Shown here: piece by piece, positions 25,136 to 37,480 of the stretch
Layout: the number at the start of each line of letters is the position of its first letter
Numbering within the stretch: position 1 is the first letter of the stretch
Source of the DNA: Lama guanicoe
Lineage: Eukaryota
DNA length: 64,000 bases
NCBI GenBank assembly: GCA_013239625.1
Contig: MU053933.1
Coordinates: forward strand, 1,947,026-2,011,025
Reading direction: 5' to 3'
Notes under the pieces: generated by a model
The model's input: only the letters and a program-made list of their open reading frames with translations
The model's database searches: none
Told to the model about the DNA's origin: nothing
Made by a program: the position numbers and the translations under genes

Positions 25136-27199
25136 CTCCCCATGCTTGCCCCTGGACATTTCCCTCTGTTCTAGTCCTGCTTCTGGCCGGTTCTGGCTCT
25201 GGGATAGAGTGAATGTTTGATGAAGACCAGTTGCTTAACCTTGGCTTGGATTTGTGAGTAAACACAGAGACGGACCCAGACATCCCAGAACACTCAGCTG
25301 CAAACAGTAAACACGCACATACAGATGGAAGTCGGACAACGTGAGCGGTCTCACTGGCCGCCGCTGTCCCAGGGCCCAGCGCGCTCTGGGCCGGGCCGTG
25401 GGAGACGGGGTGAGTGCGAGGGTTCTAGCAGGTGCTCGGCGGGCTCCACCCTGTCCCTGCTGTCCAGAGGCTTCGCCTCCGGCCCGGCCCCCACCTCCCC
25501 CACCCCGTCTTCCCCTGGAGCCAGCAGCGCTGCCCACCCCCGCCTCCCACCGGGCCGCCCTCCACCCCTCCAGGTGGCCTTGGGAACCTCCGTCTGTTCA
25601 CTGGCCCGGTCCTGCTAAGCCTGCTCCTCACATGTGCGGGGCGTCTGTGCGCCGTGTGTGGCTGTGATGCGCGGCCACTCCCAGCTGTGCTCCCTCCCCC
25701 TCGCCCTGCTGGCCAGGCGGCTCCTCGGCTGTGTCCGGGTGGGGCCGGTGTAGACCATGCACGCCCAGGGCGAGGCGAGCCCTTCCCACGCTGGGCGCCT
25801 GCATGCTGACCGCCCGCCTGGACGCCTGCAGTCCCCATGCAAAGAAAGGTGTGATTCAGGGCTTCAGGAGGATGACAGGTGTGGGAACTGGCATCGTTTT
25901 AAAAGCTGGGAGCCCCGTGCAGCTCACAGTCCAGGTACAATGGCCGAGGTGTGAGGATCCAGAAAGGCCAGTGGTGGCTTCTGAACGATGCTTCCGGCTC
26001 CTCTTCCTCTCAAGGACTTGGATTGTCCCCTCACCACCAAACACACCAGCCAGGCCCCCGGACCTGCTGACCCCTCTCCCTCCTCCACACACCTAGGCTG
26101 GGCTCCTGCTGGGCTGCCGGGGCTGCTGACCAAGCTCACTCTTGGTGGCGGGTCGCCATTGATCTCGTCTGTTACCCGGGACACCTGCACAATGCACAGC
26201 TGACGTCTCTGGCCCGTGTGCTCTGGGCTCGAGCTCTATCTGGGAAGCTGGGCCCTCCTGCGGCCTGGGGGCTGGGGAGACGGCCTTAGGCCTCTGTGAT
26301 GGGAGGACCGCCTCCCTCCCTGGACCCAGGGCTGAAAGGCGCCTCCCTAAGCGTGTCTGTGACACTTCGGTGTGATGGCTTCCCAGTCAGTGACGTCATG
26401 TGAATGGATGAAGAGCCCGGACCCTGGGTCCCGGGTGGCTGTGTGTGGGGCCTGGGCAGGGGACCCCAGTCGTCTGGGTGTGGTTAGAGTGGGGACACTC
26501 GCTGACACCCAGGAGCACCAACCTGGCTGGCTGTGCTCTGACCCTGTGTGTGTGACACCATGGTGACACCGCACTGACCCTCTCAGCCATCTCTGCTCAT
26601 TTTTCAAAGGAAGAAAGTAGGAGCAGGGAGGGAGTGGTGGGGTCACTGTGTCCTCATCCTCACCTGCCCCTCAGCCCAGGAGCCCAGGCTGCATTTCACC
26701 CCAGCCCCGTGGCCAGGAGCCCCTCCTGCCACCCTCCCACACCTGGGCCTCCAAACTCCTCCTGGTCCCCACCTAGGTGAGAGCAGGGCAGAGCCACAGA
26801 GGGAAGGCGTCTTGTCCCTGAGGGGCCGCACGGGGCAGGCGTCCTGAAATGGACTCTGACCGGGTAGGGTGCAGACTTGTCTGGGGTTAAACCACAGGCC
26901 CCTTCTCCAGTTCCCCGGGGACAGGGACGAGCCTCAGCCCCGTCGGATGAGCCGGGGGTCGGGGAAAAGTGAGGTGCGCACCTCCCCCCACCTCCCGTGT
27001 CTCCAGGTCCGTTCAGCACCCCCAGCCCCCGCTGGCAGCGTGCTCCCCTGCCCACACCGATCGATGGTGCCACCTCCCTCGGCGAGCCCCTTGGCGGTCC
27101 CCAGTGGCCCATGGGATGACATTTGGGTGCTGAGGCTGCCGCTCACCAGCCCCCAATCTCCAGTGCCCCCTCCCATCTGCCGGGCCCCTGCCCAGCCTA

Positions 27200-27630
27200 A
27201 CAACAGCGGAGATAACAAAGACCACCCAAGTCAAAGGCTCTTTATTCAGTGTTCCGGGCAGCCTGGAGGCGGGAAGAGCTGCGTGGGGCAGCAGGGAGGT
27301 GGGGGGGGACCAGAAGCGCGTCCCCTGTGACTGTTCAGGGTGTACACCTGGCTCCCTCCCGTAGGTCCTGAGCTGGAATAGGCGACAAACTTAGGGAGGC
27401 CGGCGGGCGGTCACGGGCCAAGCTCTGTCGGTTCTGGGCCGATTGCTTTTGCTTCCGGGACAGTCTCGGGAGGCAGCGGTCTGGCCTGGAGCCAGGGTGA
27501 CTCACGCGGCCACCCCAGCTGGTCCTGGAGGCGGCAGGTCGGCCACCTGGGCAGGTTGCTGAAGGCTGAGTCCGAGTCTCATCTTTCACGTGATCTGGCC
27601 ACTCCTGTGTGTACATGCAGTCTCCCCCGG
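27200..27630 (-). mobile_element. Possible degenerate ERV LTR
   Basis: caaaggctctttattcag (minus-strand AATAAA) in LTR-like context. Family and ends are uncertain. Confidence 0.3.
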
Positions 27631-27691
27631 CCAAAATTTTTCATCCTGAGTTTAAGCAGTCACGTCAAGATGTAAGAGGTAACTGGTGGTT

Positions 27692-27820
27692 GGGGGGCTG
27701 GCTCAGCGGTAGAGCGCGTGCTTAGTTGGCACGCAGGAGGGGTTCATTCCCCAGTGCCTCCACTGAAAATAAACTTGGCTCCCCCTCCAAAAAATAATAA
27801 AAATTTAAAAGTAAAAAAAA
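27692..27820 (+). mobile_element. tRNA-derived SINE (camelid Vic-1-like)
   Basis: gggggctggctcagcggtagagcgcgtgcttag...gggttcattccccagtgcctcca followed by aaaataaac and an A-rich tail. Confidence 0.8.
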
Positions 27821-29089
27821 GCGACCGTGAAGTCATTCTTTTCAGCGTACAGCCGCGTGTGCTGTAAGCGCCGGGAGGAAGGCGGTGTCGTGTGGAGGCA
27901 ACCTGCCCGCTCACTACGCCGTGAACACAGAAAGTCATCGCTCTTTGTCTTGTCCCCGTGTTTCAGCAATGTGAAGTCACGCGCGGCTGAAGGGGATGCT
28001 CTTGGCTAAGGGGGCGCCGCCCAGGCTGGTGTCCCTGGTGAGTGTGTGTGTGAGGCAGTGTCGGGTTCAGGTGTGAACCCAGGAGTGAGTGTGCAAGTGC
28101 GTGCGCGTGTGTGTGCCGTGGGCGAGGCTCCGTGCTCACCAGTGATAAATACGAGCCCAGCAGGAAGCAGTTAACACCGCTGCTGCCATCAGCTCAGAGG
28201 CCCAGTTTCCCATGTGGTCAGGGGACGAGGGGATCTGAGTGTCACAACAGCCGGTGGGGACCCCGGGGGAAGGCAGCTTGTTTCTGTCGGCAGCAGCACG
28301 AGTGGATGTGACTTCTGTCCAGGGCGGCTTGCCCACGTGGCCCTGCAGGACGTTGTCTCACCCGCTTGTGGGGTCAGAGCCTCGGCCTGAACCGTTGGCT
28401 GACCGGGCGCTTTTCCTCCCATGGTGTCACACCCCCGGGAGGGGCACTGGCTGCAGCTGGGAAGGTGGGAAGTTAGGGTTAGGGTCTCCCTAGGGTCTGG
28501 CTCCCTGACCGCAGAGCATCACCTCCCCTCCTGACCCCCCACACTGTGCCTTGGGGGACTCAGAGCACCCAGAAGCCCCAGAGTCCTGGGGACACTTGCA
28601 GGCCACCACGGACACTGGAAGAGAACATAGGGGCCCCTCCCTGTCCCCTCAGGAAGTGCTAGGCATTGCTGCGTCCCCAGTTTGAAGGCCACTGGCCTAG
28701 AGAGGCCCCTCTGTTCTGGCCCCCCGGCCCCCTGGGCTCACCTGGCCCTTGGTACAAACTTATCCACTGCACGGGCACCGGCTGGCAGCACCTTATACAC
28801 AGGTGCATCTCCTCCGATGACCAGCATCCTGGGAATAGGAACATAGCATTCTTTTTTTTTTGTAATTGAAGAAATATTATTTTATAATAACTGCACTTAA
28901 TAAAACAAACAAATCCGAAGAATGTAAAAGACACTTTGTGTACCTGCTCCTCCCACCTCGGGCTGGCCCACCGAGGTGACCACCGAGAGCTCTCATCTGA
29001 GGGTTGTTTCTGGTAGCCTTTGTCCGTGTTCGTCTTCAAACCCTTTCCCGGGTAACTGGAAGCTCTGCAGACTCCACCAGGTCCCATTG

Positions 29090-29450
29090 CAGAAGCCAAA
29101 CATCAGTCCCCAGGGATTCGCACCTTCATCTCTGGGATCTGGGATTATGTCATCTGAGAGGGTAAAAGGGATTTTGCAGATGGGATTAAAGTAAAGGTCT
29201 TGAGAAGGGAGGTTATCCTCAGAAGGCAGAAAGGTCGGAGAGAGAAGTGGCCATGGAAGCAGAGGCCAGAGAGGGCAAGAGACGTGGTGCCGACCTTGAA
29301 AGGCAGAGGAGGAAGTCGAGGAGGCCGCCAGAGGGAAAGCAGCCCTGGCCACACACCGAGCTCGATTTAGGGCTTCTGACCTCCTAACTCCAAGATAATA
29401 GATTCGCGTAGTTTTAAGCCGCTCGGTTGTGGTCACTTATTAGCAAACTC
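29090..29450 (+). mobile_element. MaLR LTR (MLT1D-like)
   Basis: aaaagggattttgcagatgggattaaagtaaaggtcttgagaagggaggttatcct...cttctgacctcc...ttttaagccgctcggttgtggtca. Confidence 0.7.
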
Positions 29451-31172
29451 ATGCACAACCATTCTCCAAATAACCATAAAACACGTTTAAGCAGCGTGAG
29501 AGTGGAGACATCCGTGGAGCGGCTGCAAAAACTCACATAACAAGACCGCATTTAAGAAAAGCCGCATTCAAAACAAGACGCAATTATTTCATAAGTAGCA
29601 ACAAACAGCTGCAAATCCGTCTTAACAGACGGGTGGCCCTGGTCCAGAACCTTGACACGCATGTTTATTTTGCCACTTGGAATAGTAAGAGGACTCTCAT
29701 TCGAGCTGCGTGGTTAAGGAGGCTCTGGCGCCCGCTCTAGCTGGTGGCTGTGAGCACAGCCTTCCGAGCCCGGCCGCCGGCCCGAGTGTCCCAGGAGAAC
29801 GGGCTCTGGCTGGCTCCCGCTGTGGCGGCGCGGTCCCTGCGGGAGGGGACCGGGGCCCTGGGCGTCAGCTTGCGGCTTGCGGCGGGGCGGGGGATCAGGG
29901 GAAGGAGCAGCCCCACTTGCCTCCCCTTCTGCCCTCACGTCACTGGGCTTCAGGGAGCCCCCAGTGAAACCAGCACGATGCAGGCTGCTCTGCACCCTGA
30001 GTCTGAACCCCGGGGAGCTGCCGGGTGTGGCACCTCGAAGAGGCACCCAGGCCTGGAACACACCCATTCTCTCTAAACCTCTCAGGATCCCCACTCTTCA
30101 CAGTGCTACCCTGGGCGGGCCAGTGTCCCACTCACAGCTGTGGGCCCTGTACTCAGCACCAAGGCCTGAGGCTGTTTACAGGACGGAGCAAAGTAAACCA
30201 AAGTTCTACTTTTTTTTCCCCAAAATGTGAAATTCCCTTGGAATGCTGCTCTTTGTGGTGATGGGGTCTAATTGTTACCATTCCTGCTGCTTCTTATAAG
30301 AAAACAAAAATTAATCCAGGACGGTTTCTAAGACAAATACTGCAGTCTCGCAGAGGAGACGCTGCCTTGGGAAAGAGCTCGGGTGTTCTCCTTTCTTGCT
30401 GCAGTTCCTTCTCCTACTTAAAACCAAAAAATAAATCTCACATCCAAACCACTGGCCTACTCTGGAATGGAAGGCCCCCCAACCTTCTGGGAGGCTTTAT
30501 GTATATATTTACCTAAAATTTAGTCTAACGGCAATCATCTAACCATCTTTTATTCTTTTCTATGAAATATCTCGCCAGGAAGAATCCATGTACAAACTTG
30601 TATGGAACTGATTCTCTTACTGGCCAAATGGAAATACAGCTGCCGTGTGCTCCTGGCCCATTCACTGAGAAGCAGTATAAACACCTTATTTGTGCTCTGA
30701 GACAGTCAATGTCATTTTTTCTTTCATGGTATGACTTTTTTGACGACAGGGACCCCTGAGGGTCAGCCATGGCGTAGCCCACACCACCAGTCAGCAGGAT
30801 GGGGAGGGAGGGCAGCAGGGGAGGGGTGGCCACCGCAGAGAGGGAAACCCAGGTTCATGCGGCTACTTCTTGGTTTACTGTTTTTAGACCTTATTTGCTG
30901 GCTTCTTGCTATGAATGATTGGATTTTAGCTCTTTTGCGTCCTAATTTCTCCTCCCCATCCTCTCAATATCACGATTTTTAATTTATAAACAATGTTTGT
31001 GTTATTTTGATTGAAGAAATATTGCTTATAGCAAAGACCAGTGGTGTACGCTGTCACACATCTTTTCCGATACTGCTTTATGTTTTTCCTGGCCTTTCCA
31101 CATGCCTTTGTTTTTTTCCCTTACACTGTTTTAATCATACCCTCATTTTCCCCCAACTCTCCCTCACGTCAG

Positions 31173-31645
31173 GTGCATTGGTTTCCTCTGGCTGTGTACT
31201 CAAGGGCCACAAAGTGGCATGGCTTAAAACAACAGAAGTTTATTCTTTCACAGTTCAGGGGGCAGGAAGTCCAATATCAAGGTGCCAGCAGGGCCATGCT
31301 CCTTTTGCAACAATGCTGAGGGAGGATCCTTCCTTGTTTTTTGCAGTTTCTGACAGTTGCCAGCAGTCCTTGGATTTCCTTGGCTGGAAGCCACATCAGC
31401 TCAATCTCTGCCTTCCTCGTCACATGGTCGTCTCTCTGTGTCTGTTTGTCTCTCTGAGTCTGTTTGTCTCTCCTCTTCTTATAAGGACACCGGTCATACT
31501 GGGTGAGGGCCTGCTCTGGCCCTGTGTTGCTGCCCCTTAATTGGATCACATCTGCAAAGACGCTATTTCCAAATACAGTCACCTTCACGGTACCGGGGGG
31601 GCAGGGCTTGCACATTTCTTCTGGACACAACTCAATCCACAGTAT
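31173..31645 (-). mobile_element. MaLR LTR (MLT1 family)
   Basis: ggcttaaaacaacagaagtttattctttcacagttc...caaggtgccagcagggccatgctcc...acatctgcaaagacgctatttccaaatacagtcac. Confidence 0.82.
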
Positions 31646-32530
31646 CAGGGATCCTTTCCCATCCCCAGGGACTTCCCTCCAGAGCCCTCCATCCTCCTGC
31701 TCCGCGTTGAACTGGCTGCTCTCCACAGCTGCTCAGAGGGACTGTCCTGGCTTTCCCAACACTGTCCCCATGAGCTGGAGAGACTGCTTCAGGGACCCAC
31801 GTCTTTTTCTTTCTTGGTTTATCTCCTCATTTTGCTAAAGTTGTGTCCTAAGAAAGGGTGTGTGGGCAGTGTGTTTTCTGGGCTTTTACGTGTCTGAAAA
31901 CAGCCTTAGCCACTTTTGCACTTGACGGATCGTTTGTTCAGTGAGTGAATTCTCAGCAAAAGTAACCCCCGGCAGCATCTGGATGGACCACTCTGCCGAC
32001 CTCTGTACCTCCAGCTGCAGACAGTCAGTCCTCACTCCTCCGTGGGTGGCAGGTATTTTGCTCCTCAAAGATCTTTCAGGACCTCCTTTCCCCCCTTGAT
32101 ATTCTGAAGTTCACAGTGATGCATCTAGTGGGGGCTGTTATTATTGTTGTTCATTTTGGGGGGCACTTAAGTGGATCCTTGTGGCCAGGAGGTGGCCTCC
32201 TGGGAACACACCGAGCACAGCGAAGAGAGGGTCCCGCTCTCAGCGCCACCCAGACGGGCCGCCCGGCGCGGACCCTTGCTGACGCTCCTCCCTGCCTCCG
32301 AGTGTGGGCGCGCCCCATTTAGGGCCTCCTCTGCCTCCTCACTCCTCAGCGTGGTGGCCTCACTCCTCGGGCTGCAAATACACCTGCACCTGCCTGCTCG
32401 CCAGGGACTGGGCCCCCGGGTCTCCCGAGTGCCCTGCAGAGCCGCCCCCCATCCTCCTGAGCTCTCCCCTCCCCTCCCGGGGTCTCAGAGCCACAGCCCC
32501 CTCCCAGGCCCCTTGGGCTCCTGCACAGCA

Positions 32531-32660
32531 ATTTTTTTTCTTTTGTTGTTGAGGGGAGGTAATTAGGCTTATTTATTTATTTTAGAGGAGGTACCGGGGG
32601 CTGAACCAGGGCCTCATGCGCACTAAGCATGTGCTCTGCCGCTTGAGCTATACCGCTCCC
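32531..32660 (-). mobile_element. tRNA-derived SINE (camelid Vic-1-like) with target-site duplication
   Basis: Minus strand reads gggagcggtatagctcaagcggcagagcacatgcttagtgcgcatgaggccctggttcagcccccggtacctcc. Flanked by cctgcacagca at 32520-32530 and 32659-32669. Confidence 0.88.
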
Positions 32661-34384
32661 TGCACAGCAGTTCTTGCAAATAGGGGCCCAACCCCCTCCC
32701 TCTGGCTGAGGCCCAGCAGGTGACCTGATGCCCCGTGTTAGGGCACCTGTAGGGTGAGGGGCTTTCCTGGAGGAGGAGGGGTGGTGGGCTGCCAGAGGAC
32801 AGGGGCGGGGGTCCCCCCTGCCCGCTGCGTCCCCGGGCCAGGCGGGGAAGGCCCCCCAGCTGAAGACGCGCGGAGGGACGGGAGGACAGGCGTTTGCCCA
32901 CCTGGGCGAGTCTGTGGCAGGGGCTCGAGTCGGGCCGGAGGACAGAGGACACGCTGCAGCGCCGGGTCTGGCTCTGTTTGCTTTGCCGGGAGCCGTGTAT
33001 TTGGAGGGACGTGGTCCAAGCGCAGACTCGGGACCTGCTTCTCTGGAAAGCAACCCCCGTGACCCCGTCTGTGGGGCTTTCTGAGTCCCTGTGCGCGTAG
33101 GGGGCAGAGAAACGTGCATGGGTCTCCTGAAAGCACCTGGAATGTCCCCGGGGACCCCAGCCTGCTTCTGTCCACGGCCCTCCCTGAGCCTGTGCTGACG
33201 GAGCGCCCGTCCCACCTGGACCGTGGAAGAGGCTTCAGGCACGGCTCCCACGGAAGCAGGGCTCCAGGTGGCCCCCAGGGACGGGGCCAGGACCACCCGA
33301 TTCCCTCCTGCCCCGGGGCCCGCATCCCGCCCTGGGGCCTGAGCACAGCGTGGGCAGCGGGCTCTGACTCCGCAGCCCCTGCGGGACAGAAGGCGCCTGT
33401 CGTCCTTCTCTGTGAGCCCACTGCCTCCCTCCCCGGGGGCCTGCTCCGCCCACCCGACGCCTCCCGTCCAGCCTGGTTCCTTGTTCCCTGTAAATAGGTG
33501 GTCATTCCCTCCTTCACCCCATCCTTCAGCCCTGGCCGTGAAAGGGAGGCAGCCCCCTGCCGGGCTCTGTGTTCCGAGCCAGGAGGTAGAGGGGACCCAG
33601 GTACCATTCCACCTGGGCCGGCCCAGACCAAGTATGAGGAGATGGAGCTGGGTGGGGGTCGGGGGAGGCCAGGAGGGAGCCACTTTCCTCCCAGGCCGGC
33701 AGCGAGGGCAGGCCCTCATCCTTGGAAAGGTGCTGGCAGTGATGGCTATAGGGCAGGCGCAGTTCTGGGTGCTGGGGGTGCAGGGTGGAGAGGACGGAGT
33801 CCAGAGCTCACGGCCTGAGGCAGATTCACAGCGTGTGGCGCAGAGTGCAGTGGGGCTGGGAGGGCAGGTGCAGGGGGCTCCTCTGAACAGAAACCAACTG
33901 AAGAGGGGCAATGCCTGCCGACCCCTGGAGAGGAGCCCATTAGGAGAGCAGCACGCGCAAAGGCCCTGAGGCAGGCAGGCCCTCTAGTAGTGGAAGGAAC
34001 TGCGGGAGGCAAGGAGGAGAGGGCAGAAGATCGGGGTTGTGTGGTGGTGGTTTGGGCTTTCCAGGTGGGCCCCATGGGCCCCAGATCCCCTGTCCACAGC
34101 ACAGCTTACCAGCTCCCCTAGGTCCCCCAGCTCCCCCAGGTCCAGTGCCTACAGCACCCAGTGGCCAATGGGCATAAAAAGACATGTCTGTCATTCTGGG
34201 AGCCTAGACACAATTTTGAGGACTGAGTGTAAGGCAATCCGGAGCAAGCAGCAACGATTCAAAGACGAGGGGCCGTCCCCAGCTCCTCCTGGGGCTTTCG
34301 AGTCTACTCTCTTGCCGCCTTCGGACACGTTTACACTCTGTAAATGTTGGGTAAACAATAGCAATCCAGGTAAGTCTTATTTAT

Positions 34385-34790
34385 GGACAGTGGGTGGAAT
34401 GGTGCCCCCAGAGACACGTCCAGGCGCTCACGCCTGGTTCCCATGCATGTGACCTAATGAGACAGGTCTCTGCAGATGTCATCAAGGTAAGACTTTTTGG
34501 GTAAGAGCACCCTAGATTTAGGGTGGACCCTGAAGCCAGTGACTGGTGTGTTCGTAAGAGAAAGGAGAGGAGATGTGAGGCACCTGGACAGAGGAGAAGC
34601 CGTGGGAAGAAGGAGGCAGCGAGTGGAGTGATGAATTTACGAGACAAGCAGCTCCAGGACTGCTGGTAAGGAGGGAGCCTCTCCGGAGCCTCCAGAAGGA
34701 ATCAAACCTGGGACACCTGGAGAGGACTCTGGTCTCGGGAACTGTGGGAGGGGAAAGCTCTGCTGCTTTAAGCCTCCCAGTCTGTGTCTC
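34385..34790 (+). mobile_element. MaLR LTR (MLT1 family)
   Basis: gaatggtgccccca...ggtctctgcagatgtcatcaaggtaaga...gatttagggtggaccctgaagccagtgactggtgtg...gaactgtg...ttaagcctcccagtctgtg. Confidence 0.72.
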
Positions 34791-37180
34791 AGGAGACTGG
34801 CTGGGATGCAGATGAATTCTGCCGGGGAGTGGGGGCGGGAGCAAGGCTGAGTTCCCTCTGCCCAACCGTGGACCAGCCAGCTCCATCTATTCCTTTTCTC
34901 CCTGTAAATTTATGCTTTTTCACTCTCCTTTGACCTGGCTGGAACATCTTACCAGCTCCCCTACTAAATACAAGTTAAATAAAATCGTCAGTATGCGTTT
35001 ATTGTCTATCTGCTTCAGAGCCATGATTTGGCCTCTTTATGAAGGCTGTCTTTTAACGTGGATGATTGAGAGATGGCCAGACAGAAGCGTCTGGATGTAA
35101 GATGCATCTCTTAGCTGCTGATCTGAGCACCTGCTCCACCGTTGACTCGTGATTTAAGAAAAGGAAAACTAAGTCAGAGTGGCTTTAACCCTGCAAGGCA
35201 CGTCAGCTCTGGAACCAGAAGGAAATAACCCCAGCAGATCTGCTCAGGTTTGCGGAGGCCCCGGACCTCAGCCCCCGAGGAGGAGACACACACGGGAGCC
35301 TCAGGAAACGGCTGTGGGGGACAGGGCTCAGGGGCCGGCTCAGTGGGACGGGCTGGCCTCCTAATGTGGCAGCCTGGCAGGAGGGGGTGCGTCATTGGCC
35401 CCAGGGCAGCACTGAGGGCCGCTGGCGGGTCTGTGTCCCTGGTGGCAATGTGGGGACATCAGCTGGGGCATCTGGTCAGCCCGGGCCGAGCGCACTACAG
35501 CTGGGCCCCGAGCCGCCGCCAGCTGCCCCCTCTTGCTGCATCCCTTCCCCTCCCCCGCCCCATCCCCCTGCACTCAGCCGCTGGCTGCTGCCGTCAGCAA
35601 GAGCAGTACTAGTAACTCCAGCGGGCCGCGGTGGTGGGCGGGGCTCAGGATCGCTCCGGGCCAGAGGCCACTTGTGACCTTTGCCCTCTCCTGGGGCTGG
35701 CCCTGTGCTGGGCCAGCGCGGTGCCCTGGTCACGGGGGCCCAGCCCCGCGTCCCTGCTCTGCGCCCAGCCCCCACCCGCGCAGGGCTCGTTCCAGGTGTT
35801 CCAGGTGGCTGCCCAGGCGTTGATGCGTCACCGCTGTTTCTGGTTCTTCCCGAGCGTGAACTCACACCTGCTCTTGCCCTAGGCTTTCTGGAGGGGTTTT
35901 CCAAAGTTGGACGGCGACCTCACCTCGGGGCCAGGGAGGCGGAGGGCCGGGCGATGCCTCCTGCTCGTGCTCCCCCTTCTTTCGCTTGTTCATTGGTAGG
36001 GGGCTTCGCCCCGAAGCTGTCTCGAAGGGCAGGTGTGTCTGCTCCGCGCAGAGCGTAAACAGCGTCAGCCCCACCGGTGGCCCGCCTGGTGATCCAGACC
36101 CTTGAGGGCAGGCAGCCTGGACAAGGCTGTTGTGTGGGGACGCGGCCTGGCCAACACCGAGTTCTCACCTGCTGTGGTTTTGACCTGCGACGTCTGCAGA
36201 CGTTTTTGGGTTGTCATTCCTGTGGCAGATGCTGTCACCAAGCACCGGGCGGGGCCGGGATACTTCCCGGCCCCACATGGCCCAGGACAGTGACCGGGCC
36301 CCAGGCATCCACGGTGCTGAGTCGGGGGTCCCGCTGTGGACAGAGCTGCACTGACTCCTCGGGCTGGGCTGGGCTTGCTGGCAGCACTGGTGCCCGCCGT
36401 TCAGTCTGTGGAGTGGCTGCTCCCACTGCCCCCACCGCCCCGGGCTATGACCAGCCTCTGCAGCACATGCCCCCCCCACCCCGTTCTCTCTTCCCAGCCC
36501 TGCCGGGGGCCTGCCGTCCACATCTGCCTCTGTGTGGTCCCTCTGAACCCCTCCCCTGGACAAGCTGCTCCCGGCCCTGCTGGGGGGCTTCCCTCCCTCC
36601 TTCCTGGCACGCACAGCCTCTGAGGGGACCACAGCGGGCAATGCTGTCAGTGCCCACTTCACTGGGTGCAGCCCGGCTCAGTCAGAGTCCCGCGGGGGAT
36701 GCCAGGCCTGGGTGACCTGCGGGGCCCAAACTGTCATTGTGCCTCCTGCGGAGGAGATGGGACCATCACATCAGTCCCCACTGGAGCGGCGGGGCAGGCT
36801 CTGTCCGGACGACGGGGCTTTGGAGCTGGGCAGGCACAGGAGGCGATGAGAGGCAGGACAGGGAAGGGACACCTTGGTGGGAAGCCTGGGGTAGGTGAGA
36901 CCAGGCGCTGGTGGGGGCCAGGGACGGCCTGAGCCCCTGCAGGGGGGGTGCAGGGGGCCCGAGAGTCCGGCTCGTTCTGCAGGTGGCCCGGAGAACAGCA
37001 GGTTTAAGGTGGGGGCCCATAGCACAGCTGTGTTGCTGGAAGGCGTGTGAGGATGGACCAGGGAGGCCAGGATAAAGGCCCAGCCACGGGGGGTTAGGTG
37101 CAAATGCCCTGGGCCCAGGCACAGGATTCTAAATCTTGCTTTCTCACACGTCTCCAGGTCAGAAGATAACTTCTTCCATC

Positions 37181-37480
37181 ACCACGGAGATAGGCCTGAA
37201 GGGGGGTCAGGACCACAGAGACAGGCCCTAGAAAGGGGCTGGACCGCAGAGACGGGCCCTGAGGGCATTAGGACCAAAGAGCAGAGCCCTTGTGGGGATT
37301 AGGACCACAGATACAGGCCCCGAGGGGGCACTCAGGACCACAGAGATGGGTCCCTGGGGGTGGTCAGAACTACAGATCAGGGCCCCAGGGGGTCAAAACC
37401 ACAGAGCAGATTTCTTGTGGGGATCAGGACCACAGAGATGGGCCCCGGGGGCGGGGGTCAGGACCACAGAGATGGACCCC
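37181..37480. repeat. Minisatellite, about 10 degenerate 30-34 bp units (ggtcaggaccacagagatgggcccc...)
   Basis: The core gaccacagag or a variant recurs near 37181, 37212, 37243, 37273, 37304, 37337, 37369, 37398, 37429 and 37463. Confidence 0.9.

Noticed and set aside
27692..27765. tRNA-like A-box/B-box sequences (also near 24050-24125 and 32590-32660)
   Set aside because: Degenerate cloverleaf, A-rich tails and a flanking duplication identify them as SINEs, not tRNA genes.
28473..28484. TTAGGGTTAGGG telomeric repeat
   Set aside because: Only two units, too short to call an interstitial telomeric sequence.
32577..33911. 444-aa minus-strand ORF, the longest in the track
   Set aside because: Low-complexity Pro/Gly/Ala/Arg composition with no recognisable domain. 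It ends inside a SINE and is expected by chance in GC-rich DNA.
37181..37480. CRISPR-like array (repeats of about 30 bp)
   Set aside because: Eukaryotic context, adjacent degenerate units without unique spacers, and no cas genes. It is a minisatellite.
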